Source: Paraspadella gotoi
Taxonomy: Eukaryota > Animalia > Chaetognatha
Length of the DNA: 63,976 nucleotides
Direction: 5' to 3'
Assembly (NCBI GenBank): GCA_051294375.1
Contig: CM119264.1
Location: 67,846 to 131,821, forward strand
Below are positions 23,976 to 37,048 of the stretch, piece by piece. Below the pieces are notes generated by a model. It did not search any database. It was given only the letters and a program-made list of their open reading frames with translations, and was not told where the DNA came from. Made by a program: the position numbers and the translations under genes. Numbering within the stretch: the first letter of the stretch is position 1; every line of letters starts with the position of its first letter.

Positions 23976-26827
23976 AGCAAACTATGACTCAAGAAATATA
24001 AACATAGGAATTGGAGTCTGGTTGCTTTAAAGAAGTTAAAAACACAAGCTAAAAATTACTCGAGACTGTGAGAAAGCCCTTGATTGAAAAGCTTGCTGTT
24101 ATTATCTTGTAAGCAGGTAACTGGAAAGGCCTAAACACCAAAAGCCTGTCCAAAGTCAGAGGACCAGATAGCTTATTTATTAAATGAATTTTCCAATTTA
24201 TAAACAACGGTCTATGTATACTCGAAAGATTGAGCTGATGACAAATTGGTAATTATTCTAGGATCGCTAGCTTCGATAAATATCAGCAAAATGTGTAACA
24301 CTAGCAGTAACTGAAACATGTATATCTAATGACTCTGCAGAAAAAGTAATTTCAGTGTGTTTAATTCATTTCTGTTTTCTTCTTTCTACGCAGTCAATTT
24401 GTCTACTCTCGGTCTTACCCCAGCGCTCTGAGAAAAAAAGCTAGCCAATTTTTATTTTTGTTCATAAAATTACTTTTGATTTTGAAATAACTTTTAAAAA
24501 ATGATATTTTTCAGTAATTTATTATTAAAATGCCGATACCCCTTGGCAGTAATTAAAAAATATTTTATATCAAAAAAGTAAACAAATTTATTGCCAACCT
24601 TTTTTATCTGTTTAATTGCCATTATGATTTGAAAATCTATATTGCTAAAATCATAATAAAAAGTAACAGCAACTCAAACCGTTGAAATAACTTTTTTCCC
24701 AATTCCATTTTTGCTATATTCTACTGCGCTGAAAAATTCTTTTTTTTTATCAACCCATCGATTGCCTCTTTAAAAGAGCTGTACTTTTTCACGTAATACT
24801 TCTTTTTTATCAAAAAGAAAAACTCACTCTGTGGCCTATATTAAAGTAAACAAGGTGACTACTTTTTTGCCTCGACCAGTGCTAGATGTATTTCTCCAAC
24901 GAACAAACTCATCAAGCGATTAAAAAACTTTGCATTGAACGACTAACCGTGGACCATAATGATGGATGGGCGACGCCTCTCCTCCGGCTCATTTTACCCA
25001 GAGAGGTTTATCGCGCGGGCGATCGAGAGAGAGCAGAGAGGAGAGAGAGAGAGAAGAGAGGATGAGGAGAGAGAGCGCAGAGAGAGAGAGAGAGAGAGAC
25101 GAGAATTGACTCTGCTGATGTCGAAGCAGGAGAGAAAACTCTTTCTTCCCTTTTTTTACAATTCAGATTTTTTTTTCATGAGTGAGAGAGAGAGAGACGA
25201 GGAGAGAAGACGAGAGAGAGAGAGAGAACCGAGAGAGAGATGCATAGAACAAATTTCAGATTCTATGTAAAGGGAAAAAAAGAAAAAAAAGAAATGGATC
25301 CAATTCTTTTTTTTTTTCATAAAATCCATAATTCGGATGCAACAAATTTCTTTTCTTTCATTATATTTATTTTTTTTCTTTTATTTCCTTTCCCTTTTCT
25401 TCTTTCTTTTCTTTTTTCTTTCTTTTTCTCTTATTTTTCTTCTTTTTCTTCTTTTTCTTAAATCTTTTTCTTTTTATTTTTTTCCTTTTTTTTTCTATAA
25501 TTATTTTATTTTTATTTCTTTTTATTTCTTTTCCTCTTTTTTATTTCTTTTCTTTATTTTTTTCTTTATTCTTTTCTTTCTTTTTCTTTCTTTTTTTCTT
25601 TTATTTTTTTTCTTTCATTTTATGTTTAGTTTTTTCTTTTCTTACTTTTTCTTAATTTTCTGCTTATTTTCTATTTTTTCTCTTCTTTTTATTTTTTTTC
25701 TTTTCTTTCTTTTTCTTTTCTTTATTTTTTTTTTTCCTTTCCTTTTTTTTTAACTTATTTTCTTTTCTTTCCTTTTATTTTTTTATTTTCTTTTTCTTTA
25801 CTTTTTATTTTCTTTATCTTTTCTTTTTTTTCTTCTTTTCTTTTATTTTTCCTTTCTATTTTTAATTTTTTTTTTATTCTATTTTTCTCTTTCCTTATTT
25901 CTTTTTTTTATTTTTTATTTTTTCTCTATTTTTTTTTTTCTTTTTCTTTTTTTTCTTTTTTTTTTTTTTTTTTTTTTTTTCTTTTTTCTTTTATTTTTCT
26001 CTTTTCTTTTCTTTTTTTCTTTTTTTTTCTTTCTTTTTTCTTTCTTTTCTATTTTGTTCTTTTTTTTATTTACCTTCAAGGACTTTTTTGCTCCAAAAGG
26101 CGAAGGGGGCTGCACCTCTCGGGAAGACTGTGAATTAGAGTGAGAGGAAGTAGAGAAGGAGGAGAAAAAAGGAAGGAAAAAGGAATAAAGGGAAGAAAAA
26201 GGAATAAAAAAAAGGAAAAATAAAAAACAAGGAAAAGAAAATAAAAGAAAGAAAAATACAGAAAAGTAAAATAATTCTGGTCCGTCTCAATAGTGACAAA
26301 GATTCCTCTCGTTTATGCAGAGCATTCCGACTGTGACGCGCAGCGCCGCGAGGAGCGAAGCGGCAATGCAGCGGGAGCAGACATATGTTACTTTTCGCTA
26401 GGTCGGTCTGTCCATTGGTCTTTCATGCTTATGTTTTGAATGCTAATAAGTTTATATTTGATATGAATATGTATTGTACTTGCACAGTTACGCGATCATC
26501 TTTATTATCAATCTTATGACCAGAAATTCAATGCAGAATGATTTATAAAATTCTGAGTCATTTTAGGCTTTAAAGACTGGAAATCCTATTTTTACATTGT
26601 ATATTGCACAATGCACATTGTATATTGTACATTTGTATATTTATATTTGTAAAATCTTGTAACCACATACAATCAGCAAACAATTTCATCATAGTTTGTA
26701 TAACACATACTGGGTTATTTTAGGTAATAATTTATTTCAAGAAGGTTGTTTTTCATGAATTTTACTATTTTTAGCGTCACGTGAGCATCAATAAATACGT
26801 TCACAAAAAGTCACTGCGGCGCAAAAC

Positions 26828-26930
26828 AGTGAACTTGCAATACAGAGAACTTGCCAAAAAATGAACTTGAAATACAGTGAACTTGCAATACCGTCAACTT
26901 GCAATACAGTGAATTTTCAATACAGTCAAC
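26828..26930. repeat. 16-bp minisatellite (CAGTGAACTTGCAATA)
   Basis: About 6 tandem units. Confidence 0.75.
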
Positions 26931-28009
26931 ATGCCGGTTCGTGTTTTCTGTAAAAAAAAAGTTTAAATGTTTTTTTTGCAACCGAAAATTCTTTCCTACA
27001 AGGAGATAAAGGGAGTCTGTACAAAATAATTGAATACGAATTAAACTAAATCAGTTTATTTTTGATTAACTCCCTGCGTCCGTCTGTCCCTCCGTCCGTC
27101 TGTCCGTCATAATTCTAACCAAGAGTCAATGCTTGAGATCCCCTAAGTAAGAGGGACAGAGAGAGAGAGAGTTATAAACAAGCAGCTTGGTGCACGCTTG
27201 CTCATGCGACGTGCACGCAGCGGTTCCACACAGCGCGAAAAAAAGAGGCCATTCATATGCGGGAGTCGATGAAAGGAAAAACCGCAACCGGGGGGAGAAG
27301 GGGAGGCAGAGGNNNNNNNNNNNNNNNNNNNNNNNNNNNNNNNNNNNNNNNNNNNNNNNNNNNNNNNNNNNNNNNNNNNNNNNNNNNNNNNNNNNNNNNN
27401 NNNNNNNNNNNNNNNNNNNNNNNNNNNNNNNNNNNNNNNNNNNNNNNNNNNNNNNNNNNNNNNNNNNNNNNNNNNNNNNNNNNNNNNNNNNNNNNNNNNN
27501 NNNNNNNNNNNNNNNNNNNNNNNNNNNNNNNNNNNNNNNNNNNNNNNNNNNNNNNNNNNNNNNNNNNNNNNNNNNNNNNNNNNNNNNNNNNNNNNNNNNN
27601 NNNNNNNNNNNNNNNNNNNNNNNNNNNNNNNNNNNNNNNNNNNNNNNNNNNNNNNNNNNNNNNNNNNNNNNNNNNNNNNNNGGAGGAGGAAGAGAAGGAG
27701 GAGGGAGAGGAAGTGGGGGAGGAAGAGTAGGAGAAGAGGGAGAAGGGAGGCAGATTAGGGGCAAAAAAATTGATAAAAAAATGAAAATAAGAAAAAAATG
27801 AGGAAAAAACATATAAAATATTTATAGTATCAAAATAAGAAGATATTAAGTAGAAAATATTATAGGGAAGGTATTAAATAATTAAGGGAAAATTAGAAAA
27901 TGCGAAGAAAGAGAAATTATTAAGAGGAATAAAGGAAAAGAGAAAAAAATATACAAATAAAAATGAAATTTCAAAGCAGGCTACTCCGTGAGTTATAGTA
28001 CGAGGCTAA

Positions 28010-28115
28010 GAAAGAGTCTTGATTGAATGCTTGCAGGGTACTGCTATGTTATTATCTTGTAAGAGGGATAGAGGTCAATAACCATCTTTGCCTATCCAAG
28101 GTCGGGGAAAGATAG
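28010..28115 (+). repeat. Unclassified dispersed repeat (GTCTTGATTGAAAGCTTGC...TTATCTTGTAAG family)
   Basis: Diverged homologs at 24060-24175, 31955-32190, 28830-28872 (rc) and 15440-15487 (rc). Confidence 0.65.
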
Positions 28116-28255
28116 CTAATTTGTTTAATGATTCTAATTGATTACATCGATGGTAATAAATTTTAATAATATTTTTTTTTAAAAAGTCGTTTGTTTTAAG
28201 ATTAGATTAGAGAAAAATAGTTACAAAAAATACAAGGAATAATAAAAAATATGAT

Positions 28256-28292
<37 letters not shown>

Positions 28293-28522
28293 NNNNNNNN
28301 NNNNNNNNNNNNNNNNNNNNNNNNNNNNNNNNNNNNNNNNNNNNNNNNNNNNNNNNNNNNNNNNNNNNNNNNNNNNNNNNNNNNNNNNNNNNNNNNNNNN
28401 NNNNNNNNNNNNNNNNNNNNNNNNNNNNNNNNNNNNNNNNNNNNNNNNNNNNNNNNNNNNNNNNNNNNNNNNNNNNNNNNNNNNNNNNNNNNNNNNNNNN
28501 NNNNNNNNNNNNNNNNNNNNNN

Positions 28523-28556
<34 letters not shown>

Positions 28557-29378
28557 TAATGTATAATGTTATTGAATATAATAGCAGGAGGCAAGTTCCT
28601 TCCTCGGTTTCGGCCTTTGGGTAAACCAGTCCTTCTTTTTAAAAAAGATTTCTTAAAAGAAAAACTTGAAAATTACTCGACATAAAAAATTAGTTTTCTT
28701 TACTTGAGGACATTTTTTTTTCATTCAATTGTTGACCAATTAGATGTTGTTTTTTTTTGGATTTCTTCTGTGTCTTTCTCTCTCATTTGAAATTTGTATA
28801 AACAAGTATAAGAATGATCAAAAAAAAATATTGCCCCTGACTTGGGACAGGCTTTGGTGGTTTAAGGCCTCCATCAGAAATTAAATTGGGAAATACTATC
28901 GTCCAAAATACAACGACCTGACTATTCATTACTATTTAACTGGTCGACTAGCATTTTTTATACCTAGCTTTTTTGCTAGTATATTTTTTATTACATTTTC
29001 TTAATTAACAGTTTCTTTAATTGAGAAAACAAATTTTCGGCGTTTTGTGTTTACTTTTCGACAGGGAAAAATTNNNNNNNNNNNNNNNNNNNNNNNNNNN
29101 NNNNNNNNNNNNNNNNNNNNNNNNNNNNNNNNNNNNNNNNNNNNNNNNNNNNNNNNNNNNNNNNNNNNNNNNNNNNNNNNNNNNNNNNNNNNNNNNNNNN
29201 NNNNNNNNNNNNNNNNNNNNNNNNNNNNNNNNNNNNNNNNNNNNNNNNNNNNNNNNNNNNNNNNNNNNNNNNNNNNNNNNNNNNNNNNNNNNNNNNNNNN
29301 NNNNNNNNNNNNNNNNNNNNNNNNNNNNNNNNNNNNNNNNNNNNNNNNNNNNNNNNNNNNNNNNNNNNNNNNNNNNNN

Positions 29379-29414
<36 letters not shown>

Positions 29415-30704
29415 GAGACAGAGAGCACCTTAATTTTTCGTGAGATAACCAGTTAAAAAATTAGTTTCCTCTTTTTTGGAAAACATTAGATCAGCAGCCT
29501 CACGGATGAAAAATAACTTTGCGCTGTAATCGGTTTTGCACTGGAATCAAGGAAAGAAAGAACAAACTTTCATTTTGAAACATCTCAAACATTTTAAAAA
29601 AATAAACAAAATTAATTTGTTTTTACTCTGTGGAAAATAAATACTAAATATTAAAAAGTAACAATTAAAAATAATCAGATTTTCTCTTTCCTTATACGCG
29701 GACAATTTTTGTTCTATCTTCTACCATCATCTGCTTGTTGCATCAAGAGTTTAAACATTCCTTAGCAAGCAGTCTTTGCAAGCAGCCTTTGCCTAAGCAA
29801 GCAACCTTTACAAGCAGCCTTAGCAAGCAGCCCTGATCCTTCTGCTTTTTTTCCTTTTTTTTTGTCTTGATCCCCAACGACCTTAATATTTTTCTTTCCT
29901 CGCAACCTTGATCCGTTTTGGCTTTTTGCTTTCCTATTTGCTTTCCTTTTTGATTTCCTCTTTTGCTCTTCGCTTTCCTATTTGACTTTTTTTTTGCTTT
30001 CCTATTTTCTTTTCTTATTACTTTCAATTTTTGCTATATTTTTTACATTTTAGTTCTATGTTACCTATTTTTGCAGATAAACTTTCTCTCTCTTCAGAAT
30101 ATATAACTTTACTAACCTTCAAATTGTTTTATATATCCTTTTTAAAGATCGCTTTCTCTCTATGTACAAATATGATTTTATCCTTATTTTATTTTCCTTT
30201 TTTTAGATTCTTTTCTCTTCTCTCTCTTTTAGCCTTTGACCAATTACATTTAAACTAATTATCTCCTCCCCGCTTTCCCCTCTTATCCTCCCCTCTTCAT
30301 CTTTCCTCCCCACTATTTCTCTTGCTCCCCTTTCCTCTCCTCCCCTCTTCCTCTTTCCTCCCCACTTTCTCTTCCTCTTCCTCTTTCCTTCCCCTCTTCC
30401 TCTTTCCTCCCGCCTCTTTCTTTTTTTCCCCTTCTGCTCTTCTCTTTCCTCTCCCTCTTCCTCCCCTTCTTCCTCTTTCCTCCCTCACATTTCTCTGTTA
30501 TTTTCCTTTTTCCACCCCCTCCTCCTCTTTTCTCTCCTCTTTCTCCCCACTTCTCTTCTCTTCTCTTTTCCCTCTTCCTCTTTCTCCCCATCCTCTTTCC
30601 TCCTCTATTCCTCTCCTTCCTCTCTCCCTTCTTCCTCTTTCCTCCCTCACCTCCTCTTTCCTCCCCTTCTTCCTCTTTCCTCCCCCACTTCTTCTTTCTT
30701 CCCT

Positions 30705-30998
30705 TCAACCCTCTTCAAATTCCCTTTTCTTGCTTCGATGTATCGAATAAATCGGGGGCAGCGTCGGATTCTCCCGCGGCGTCGGCAGCGGTCCCTGCTG
30801 CGTCGACGGCTGCACCGGTAGCGTCGACTCTGAATAAAAAAGTTCATGCTGTTGTTGCTGATGTTGCTGCTGTGGTGGCTGCTGTTGCCTCCTCCTCTGC
30901 TGCAGTTGATCGTTTTGATAAAGATCGTCCGGCGACGAATGTTTGGCTGCGTCTGATTCATCGACTAAATGTTGAGGACAGAATCCGGGATGAATAAC
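30705..30998 (-). CDS. Probable terminal coding exon, Gln/Pro-rich (VIHPGFCPQHLVDESDAAKHSSPDDLYQNDQLQQRRRQQQPPQQQHQQQQHELFYSESTLPVQPSTQQGPLPTPRENPTLPPIYSIHRSKKREFEEG*)
   Basis: Strong acceptor ttccctctttctcag| at 31000/30999. 294 nt open in phase 0 to TGA. GC-rich island in AT-rich surroundings with imperfect CAG/CAA polyQ codon mix. Confidence 0.5.
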   Translation of the reverse strand, partial: VIHPGFCPQHLVDESDAAKHSSPDDLYQNDQLQQRRRQQQPPQQQHQQQQHELFYSESTLPVQPSTQQGPLPTPRENPTLPPIYSIHRSKKREFEEG

Positions 30999-31654
30999 CT
31001 GAGAAAGAGGGAAATATATTGCTTAATTGTTTAATTAATTAATTTATTTAAAATGGTAAATCAAACTACTCAACAGAGTTAACATATTAAGTATGAAATG
31101 AACTGTATAATGAATAAATAAATTGACTGATGAATTAATAATTGAATGAATGATTGACTGGTTGTAAAAATATATACATAAATTCATAAATGATCAAATT
31201 ATTTTCTTTTTCATGCAAATTAATCTTTGCATTGTTCACAATTCTAATCTAATTTTATCAAATCCTTAAAAATAGGTTCCATCTTGTTTTTATGCCTCCC
31301 TTCCTTTTGTATTTCAAATCATTCGACTCTTTGCTCTTTTATTCAAAATTATTTATCAACGTTTTTCATATTTCAACTTTTCCTAGTTTCTTGACTTTAT
31401 ATTCATTTTTTCACTCCACCTTAACACCTCACTCTTAATCTGTTCTAATTCCAACTACATTCAAATATATCACCACTCCTCTCTTTACTCCTCTCTTTCC
31501 TTTTCTCCCCTCTTCTCCTCCCTCCCCTCCCTCTCTCCTCTTCTACTTCTTCCTCCCCCCCCTCTGCCGGTGATTCTTAAGGAGTTCCTCTCTTAACGCT
31601 TCCCATGAGAAACAAATGAAGGAAGGCAGAAGATGGAACAAGAACCAGAAAAGG

Positions 31655-31711
<57 letters not shown>

Positions 31712-31954
31712 ACCAACGCGTGTGAGACAAGTGTGAGAAAATATGATGAATTAATTAGATTAAAAAAGACAAGAAAAGTTAAAGAGAAAAAAACAAAAGG
31801 TAAATGTTGTTGATAAAAATAGAAAAAAAAACTGACAGGGATGTAAAAAGTAATAATTAAGGGAGTAATCCTTTCATACAATTGAAACATTCTATGAAAT
31901 ATTATACAATTTCATAGATAGGGAAGCCAGGTACTCTGGGAATGAATGAACCAG

Positions 31955-32190
31955 ACTGTGAGAGAGTCTTGATTGAAAGCTTGCAGGGATCTGCTATGTC
32001 ATTATCTTGTAAGAGTGATGGAGGCCTTAAACCACCAAAGCTTGTCCAAAGTCAGGGACAAGATATCTTATTTATTAATTGAATGGATAATTCTATATTG
32101 GTGNNNNNNNNNNAAACCACCAAAGCTTGTCTAAAGTCAGGGGCAAGATATCTTATTTATTAATTGAATGAATAATTCTATATTGGTGGA
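31955..32190 (+). repeat. Unclassified dispersed repeat, same family as 28010-28115 (3' part duplicated across 10-N gap)
   Basis: gagtcttgattgaaagcttgcaggg...aaaccaccaaagcttgtccaaagtcaggg. 32029-32103 is repeated at 32114-32188. Confidence 0.65.
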
Positions 32191-32330
32191 ACAAATTTTA
32201 AAAAGGGAGGGAAAAGTAGAGAAGAAAAAAGGTATAAAGGTGAAGGGAGAGATCAAAGACCAAAGAGATTTTCAAAAGGCGACTCAGGTGGAAAGATAGA
32301 CAAAGACGAGAGACAAGGTAAAGAGAAAAG

Positions 32331-32390
<60 letters not shown>

Positions 32391-33071
32391 GTAAGCCGTC
32401 TCAGATCGAGAAGAGATTACGGTTTCTCAGTGATTCAAGGGAAAACGTTTCCAAGAAGATTTTTTTTCATTTCTCAGAAATTCAAAGATTTCTCAGAAAT
32501 GTCGTCGATTCGTTTTCTGTTTAAACTTTCAGGCTTAAAAGAAAAATGCGACGATTTCTTTAGAATGAAGTAATTCTTGGATTTATTCTCTCGTGTTTGT
32601 ATCTTCATATTTTAAGCTCTTTTTATGAGTTAAAAGTTTTTTCTTATAGTATTAACTGTCAATAAACATTACATCTATTTGACTGTTTGATTTTGGTTTC
32701 CTTGTATTCAAACTGTTTCATTTCCTTCTACATATTTTCTATATGTATATATTTTTCGCATTTTTTTCTTCTTTGGTTTTTCCACTTTATCTCTGCATCC
32801 CATCTTTCTTTCTCTTCCTCTAGTGAATTACCGCCTTAACTCTTTCCTTTCCTTTTATTTTCCTTTTCTTTCCTCCATTTCCTTTCTTTTCTTTTCTTTT
32901 CCTCCCTTTTCCTTTTTTTCTTTCCTTTCCTCCCTTTTCTTTTCTTTTCCTTTCCTTTCCTTTCCTCCTTTTTTTCAACGTCTCGAATTTCCCGATGATT
33001 TTTCTTTTGTTTTTCTTTTGATGAATTAATTCGTCGATAAAATCGAAGTCGAAAACCAAATGAAATCAATA

Positions 33072-33126
<55 letters not shown>

Positions 33127-33409
33127 TTTCGTCTTCATCGTCGTCGGCATCGTCGTCGTACTCGTCGTCGTCGTCGTCGTCTTCTCTTTTGTCGTTGAGA
33201 GTCGATAACCCTTTTCTTTTCTCTTCATCTCTCACCCTCACACAGAATCTGTCTTTATTCACTCCAACTCTGTCTCTGTCTCACTCTGACTTTGTCTCAC
33301 TCTGTCTCTGTCTCAATCTCACTCTGTCTCCATCTTCTTGTTTTTCCCAAAAGTTTTGTTTCGATTCTGTGACGAAAGTTTCTCACCAATTTCTCTCTCT
33401 CTCTCTCAC

Positions 33410-33455
<46 letters not shown>

Positions 33456-33550
33456 TCTCTCCTCTCTCCGTCTCTTCTCTGTATATCTTATTTTACCAGC
33501 TTGTCCCTCCCTCTTTAATTCAAACTGTTCATTTCTCTTCTCTCTCTCTC

Positions 33551-33594
<44 letters not shown>

Positions 33595-33646
33595 CAACAT
33601 CCTCTCTATCTCTGCCAATGAGACTTTTGTTTTGGCGCCACCAATA

Positions 33647-33696
<50 letters not shown>

Positions 33697-34525
33697 CTCT
33701 CTCTCTCTCTCGATTCAAGTTAATTGCGACATTCGACGTCGGTTGGTATGAGTAACGAGAGGCGGCGGCGGCGGCGGCGGCTGCAGCTGCTTTTGGATGT
33801 TGTTGTTGTTGTTATCAGGAAATGATTCTTTTCTTCGACGTCTTTGTCGTCGTCGTCTTCGTCGTCGTCTGCGCTCACCCTAACCCTTATAGTAAAAGTG
33901 GGAGAAAAGGGGCTCGACGTCGCGACCGTCCGACATTCGACTACTCCGGTCGCTCTTACTCTCTGCCGCAGTGACGCAGCACCGCAGAGACGACAGCGCG
34001 ACGACGATGAAGAAAGTGAACTCGGGAATATCCTGATTATTTTTTATGTTTTTAGTCTCGCCGCGGTTACTTGTTAGAGCATTCTTCAAATAATGTTTTA
34101 ATTATCAATTAATTGTCATCTCCTTTGTCGTAACCGTTGTTATCGGGTGGTCATTACCTTTGTCATCATCTTAATCATTGTCCGTCGTTAATAAAACTAT
34201 TGTCAACCTAATACTTGCCTTCACTTATTATTTATCCACGTTATTTGATTAAAGTCAACGATATTTCAAAGAAGCTCAAACAATTTCATAATTGTGAAGT
34301 CAAGTAACCACTAACCTCAGGTTGAAACTCTGCAGAAAAAACGTGCTAGATAGCGCACGAAATTATGCTAAAAATGGCTAGATTAGTTTTTACTATGTTA
34401 AATATTATGCCAAATTATATTTTAGCTTATTTAATGCAAAACTGTTACAATAGTAAAGAAAAATGATTATTATTAGAGCCTTTGTAAAATCATTTAAACA
34501 GATAAAAACAAAAAAAAAAGACGAA

Positions 34526-35568
34526 AACAAGTTTATGCAAACAATGTCGGATCTGCCTACGATAATTAAGCGGAAATCAGCTAATCAGATGATAAATCAA
34601 TTCTTTTAATGTGTGATCCTAACTGATCATAACAGATCGTACCGTACCAATTACCAAACCAGTAGCTGCGCCAATACATGTAAATCGCTTGCAAGGGATT
34701 AAACTGAACTGTTTCTATGGTACAAATAATTTATTTGACTAGTTTTTGTTTTACTTGAATCATTTTTAAACTAGCATGATTTTTTCAATTCACATTATTT
34801 TTTTAACTCACATTATTTTTTTAACTAGCATCATTTTTTTCAACTCAATATCATTTTTTTCAATTTGCATTATTTTTCAATTTGGGTCATTTTTTAACTT
34901 GCATCATTTTTTCAACTTGTATCATTTTTTCATTTCCATCATTTTTTTAATTTGCATAATTTTTTTTACTTGCATCATTTTTTCAACTCGAAATCAATCA
35001 ATCAATCATTTTCTCTGAGAGAGAGAAAGAGAAACTTAAACAACTTCAAGTGAATGTTATTTTTTTTTCTATCTCCGTTCGCAAGATTCCATTGAAACTT
35101 TATATCTTGCTAAATCACACACGTTCCTACCCACACACAAACTTTACTTTCAATCTATCTATCCAATTAGGATTAATTCGAGTAATCCTGGATTAAAATT
35201 AGTAATAAGATTGAAGTAAATGTGACTTATGTTTTTTCTATTTAAACTCATTTTCCCTCGGACGATTCCATCGAAACCTGATTTCCAGCTCAATCACACA
35301 CTTTCCTACCCACACACAAAATTTCATTCTAATCCAACCATCCAATCATGAGTAATGGGAGTTATTTGCTAAGGGGGGACAAACGGATGGACAGACGGAC
35401 GGACGAACCAACGGACGGACTGAAGGACATCATTTTTTTTGCATAATTTATCATAATTCAATGTTCTGACATGATTTAAGTGAATACCCGATAATATTTA
35501 GGGGGGGACCGACGGACCGACAAAGTGGATTATAGAGTCGGGATCTGCTGACAAGCAGATCCGACTAA
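34526..35568 (-). mobile_element. Full-length DINE-1/HINE-like (Helentron-associated) non-autonomous element, family A
   Basis: subTIR GTCGGATCTGC (34546-34556) is inverted against GCAGATCCGAC (35555-35565), which sits in hairpin AGTCGGGATCTGCT-GACA-AGCAGATCCGACT. (GTCC/GTCT)n microsatellite near that end, CTTGTT terminus at the other end, A/T-run flanks and no TSD. Internal ~18-bp and ~150-bp tandem repeats. Confidence 0.72.
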
Positions 35569-36833
35569 AAATGAGACTTGATGAATTGCTTTGATGTTTT
35601 GCAGCCGTAATTTTCAAACAGACCAACCAACCACCTGACGCCATAATGTCTTGCATTTGTAAAGTTGCTTTAACATGCTATTACTAGTAATACAGAACTA
35701 CACAAGCATCTCAGAGGAAAATCGGTATTAACCAATTACTTTGGCTTTATTGTATAAATGCTAGCAATCCGTTCCTGGTCTCAAACAACTCTAATGGGAA
35801 TTAACATGATTTTTACAAAGAAATAACAAAAAAATAAGCAAATAGTATATTTAATACAGATTTATATTACCAGACTGAAAAACCAGTATGAACAAAACAG
35901 TATGAAAAACCAGTATGAAAAAAACTTCCTCTGGTCCAGAGGAAGTGTTTTTCATACTTTGTCCAATGCTGTTGATCGAAAAACCTTAAATTTTTTTTCA
36001 CAATTTGAATACGCAAGATTGTATGCTATATGCCAGATCATTTTTTCACTGGCTAAACGGTCTGAAATTATGCCAGATCTGGCACACAGTATGCTAAGTT
36101 TTAACCAGAGCCACTAACCAGTAGGGTTAGAGTTTGGCGTTAAAATCATTTATCTGCACCAAAACAGATTTTCTTGAAGTAACAAATATTTAAAAGGTGA
36201 CAAGTTTGTCAATGACATCATAACGATGATAACAATGACGATGAAAGACAACGACGACGACAACGAAGATGTGATTCAAAATATCAAGTTGAAAAGGATA
36301 AAAATGATGAAGTGAAATCTATTTATTAAACCATCAACTTCTTTTACAGGTTCATTCAGAACAAACGTTAAATCTTGTTTTATATGTCATTTATGACAAA
36401 ACTTACATTAGATGATGAAATTTAGAAATTGTAATAACCAAAACCGATGAGAATCCATCATTATGTCAATGGGAAGGATATTGACAAGTGACAACAAGAG
36501 CGGAGACAAGAAAGAAGAAAGAAGAACTCATAAAGCACAGAAATGGCACTAAAACGACGATGACGACGACGACGATGAAGACGACAGACGACGACAGACG
36601 ACAGACTTTGGCGGAACCATTTCCGCTTCTCGCGCATATTGATTGGAGGAAATTGGTAAGCGAAGGAGTTAACGACGACGACGACGACGACGACGACAAC
36701 AACTTTGTCTACAGGGTAGTTTATATGGATTTATTATCTTATTGTAAAATTATAATTTATTATATAGTTAACAAGGAATAGTTATTCGAGGATGTTGCGC
36801 TGCATTACTTTTCTTTTTACTTATCTTTTCTTT

Positions 36834-37048
36834 AAAAACAAAAGGGGGAGCCAGTAGTCGCTTAGATTTGATTTTTAACAAATGAGTAACAAACTACAGG
36901 CAAGTTATAAGCATTTTTAACGTAAGTGGGACAGACAGACGGACAGACATACTGACGGACTGACGGACCGACCAAGCAACCAATGGACCAAAAGACCAAA
37001 AAGTGACTTATATAGTTGCTCCGCGAGTACTCATGGCGCAACTAAAAA
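36834..37048 (-). mobile_element. Short DINE-1/HINE-like element, family B
   Basis: AACAAAAG terminus, (GACA/GACG/GACC)n microsatellite and terminal stem AGTTGC...GCAACT. Opposite-orientation relatives at 43778-44072 and fragments at 40575-40870/41270-41340 and 26390-26820. Confidence 0.55.

Larger units (their letters stand above)
13546..26380. other. Large inverted duplication: gapped copy 13546-17935 vs indel-rich copy ~18780-26380
   Basis: Collinear reverse-complement matches, e.g. 13550-13636 = rc 26292-26380, 14980-15130 = rc 24870-25025, 17560-17935 = rc 20330-20780. Joined at a 25-N gap (17936-17960). Confidence 0.85.

Noticed and set aside
30647-30961. Listed 104-aa Arg-rich ORF
   Set aside because: Alternative frame of the likely Gln/Pro exon; it runs into a purine-rich low-complexity tract.
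36488-36660. Peptide PFPLLAHIDWRKL resembling the AGC-kinase HPFFxxIDWxxL motif, followed by GTAAGC
   Set aside because: Very short match embedded in GAC repeats, with no kinase exons elsewhere. Equally explicable as promoter-like motifs or chance.
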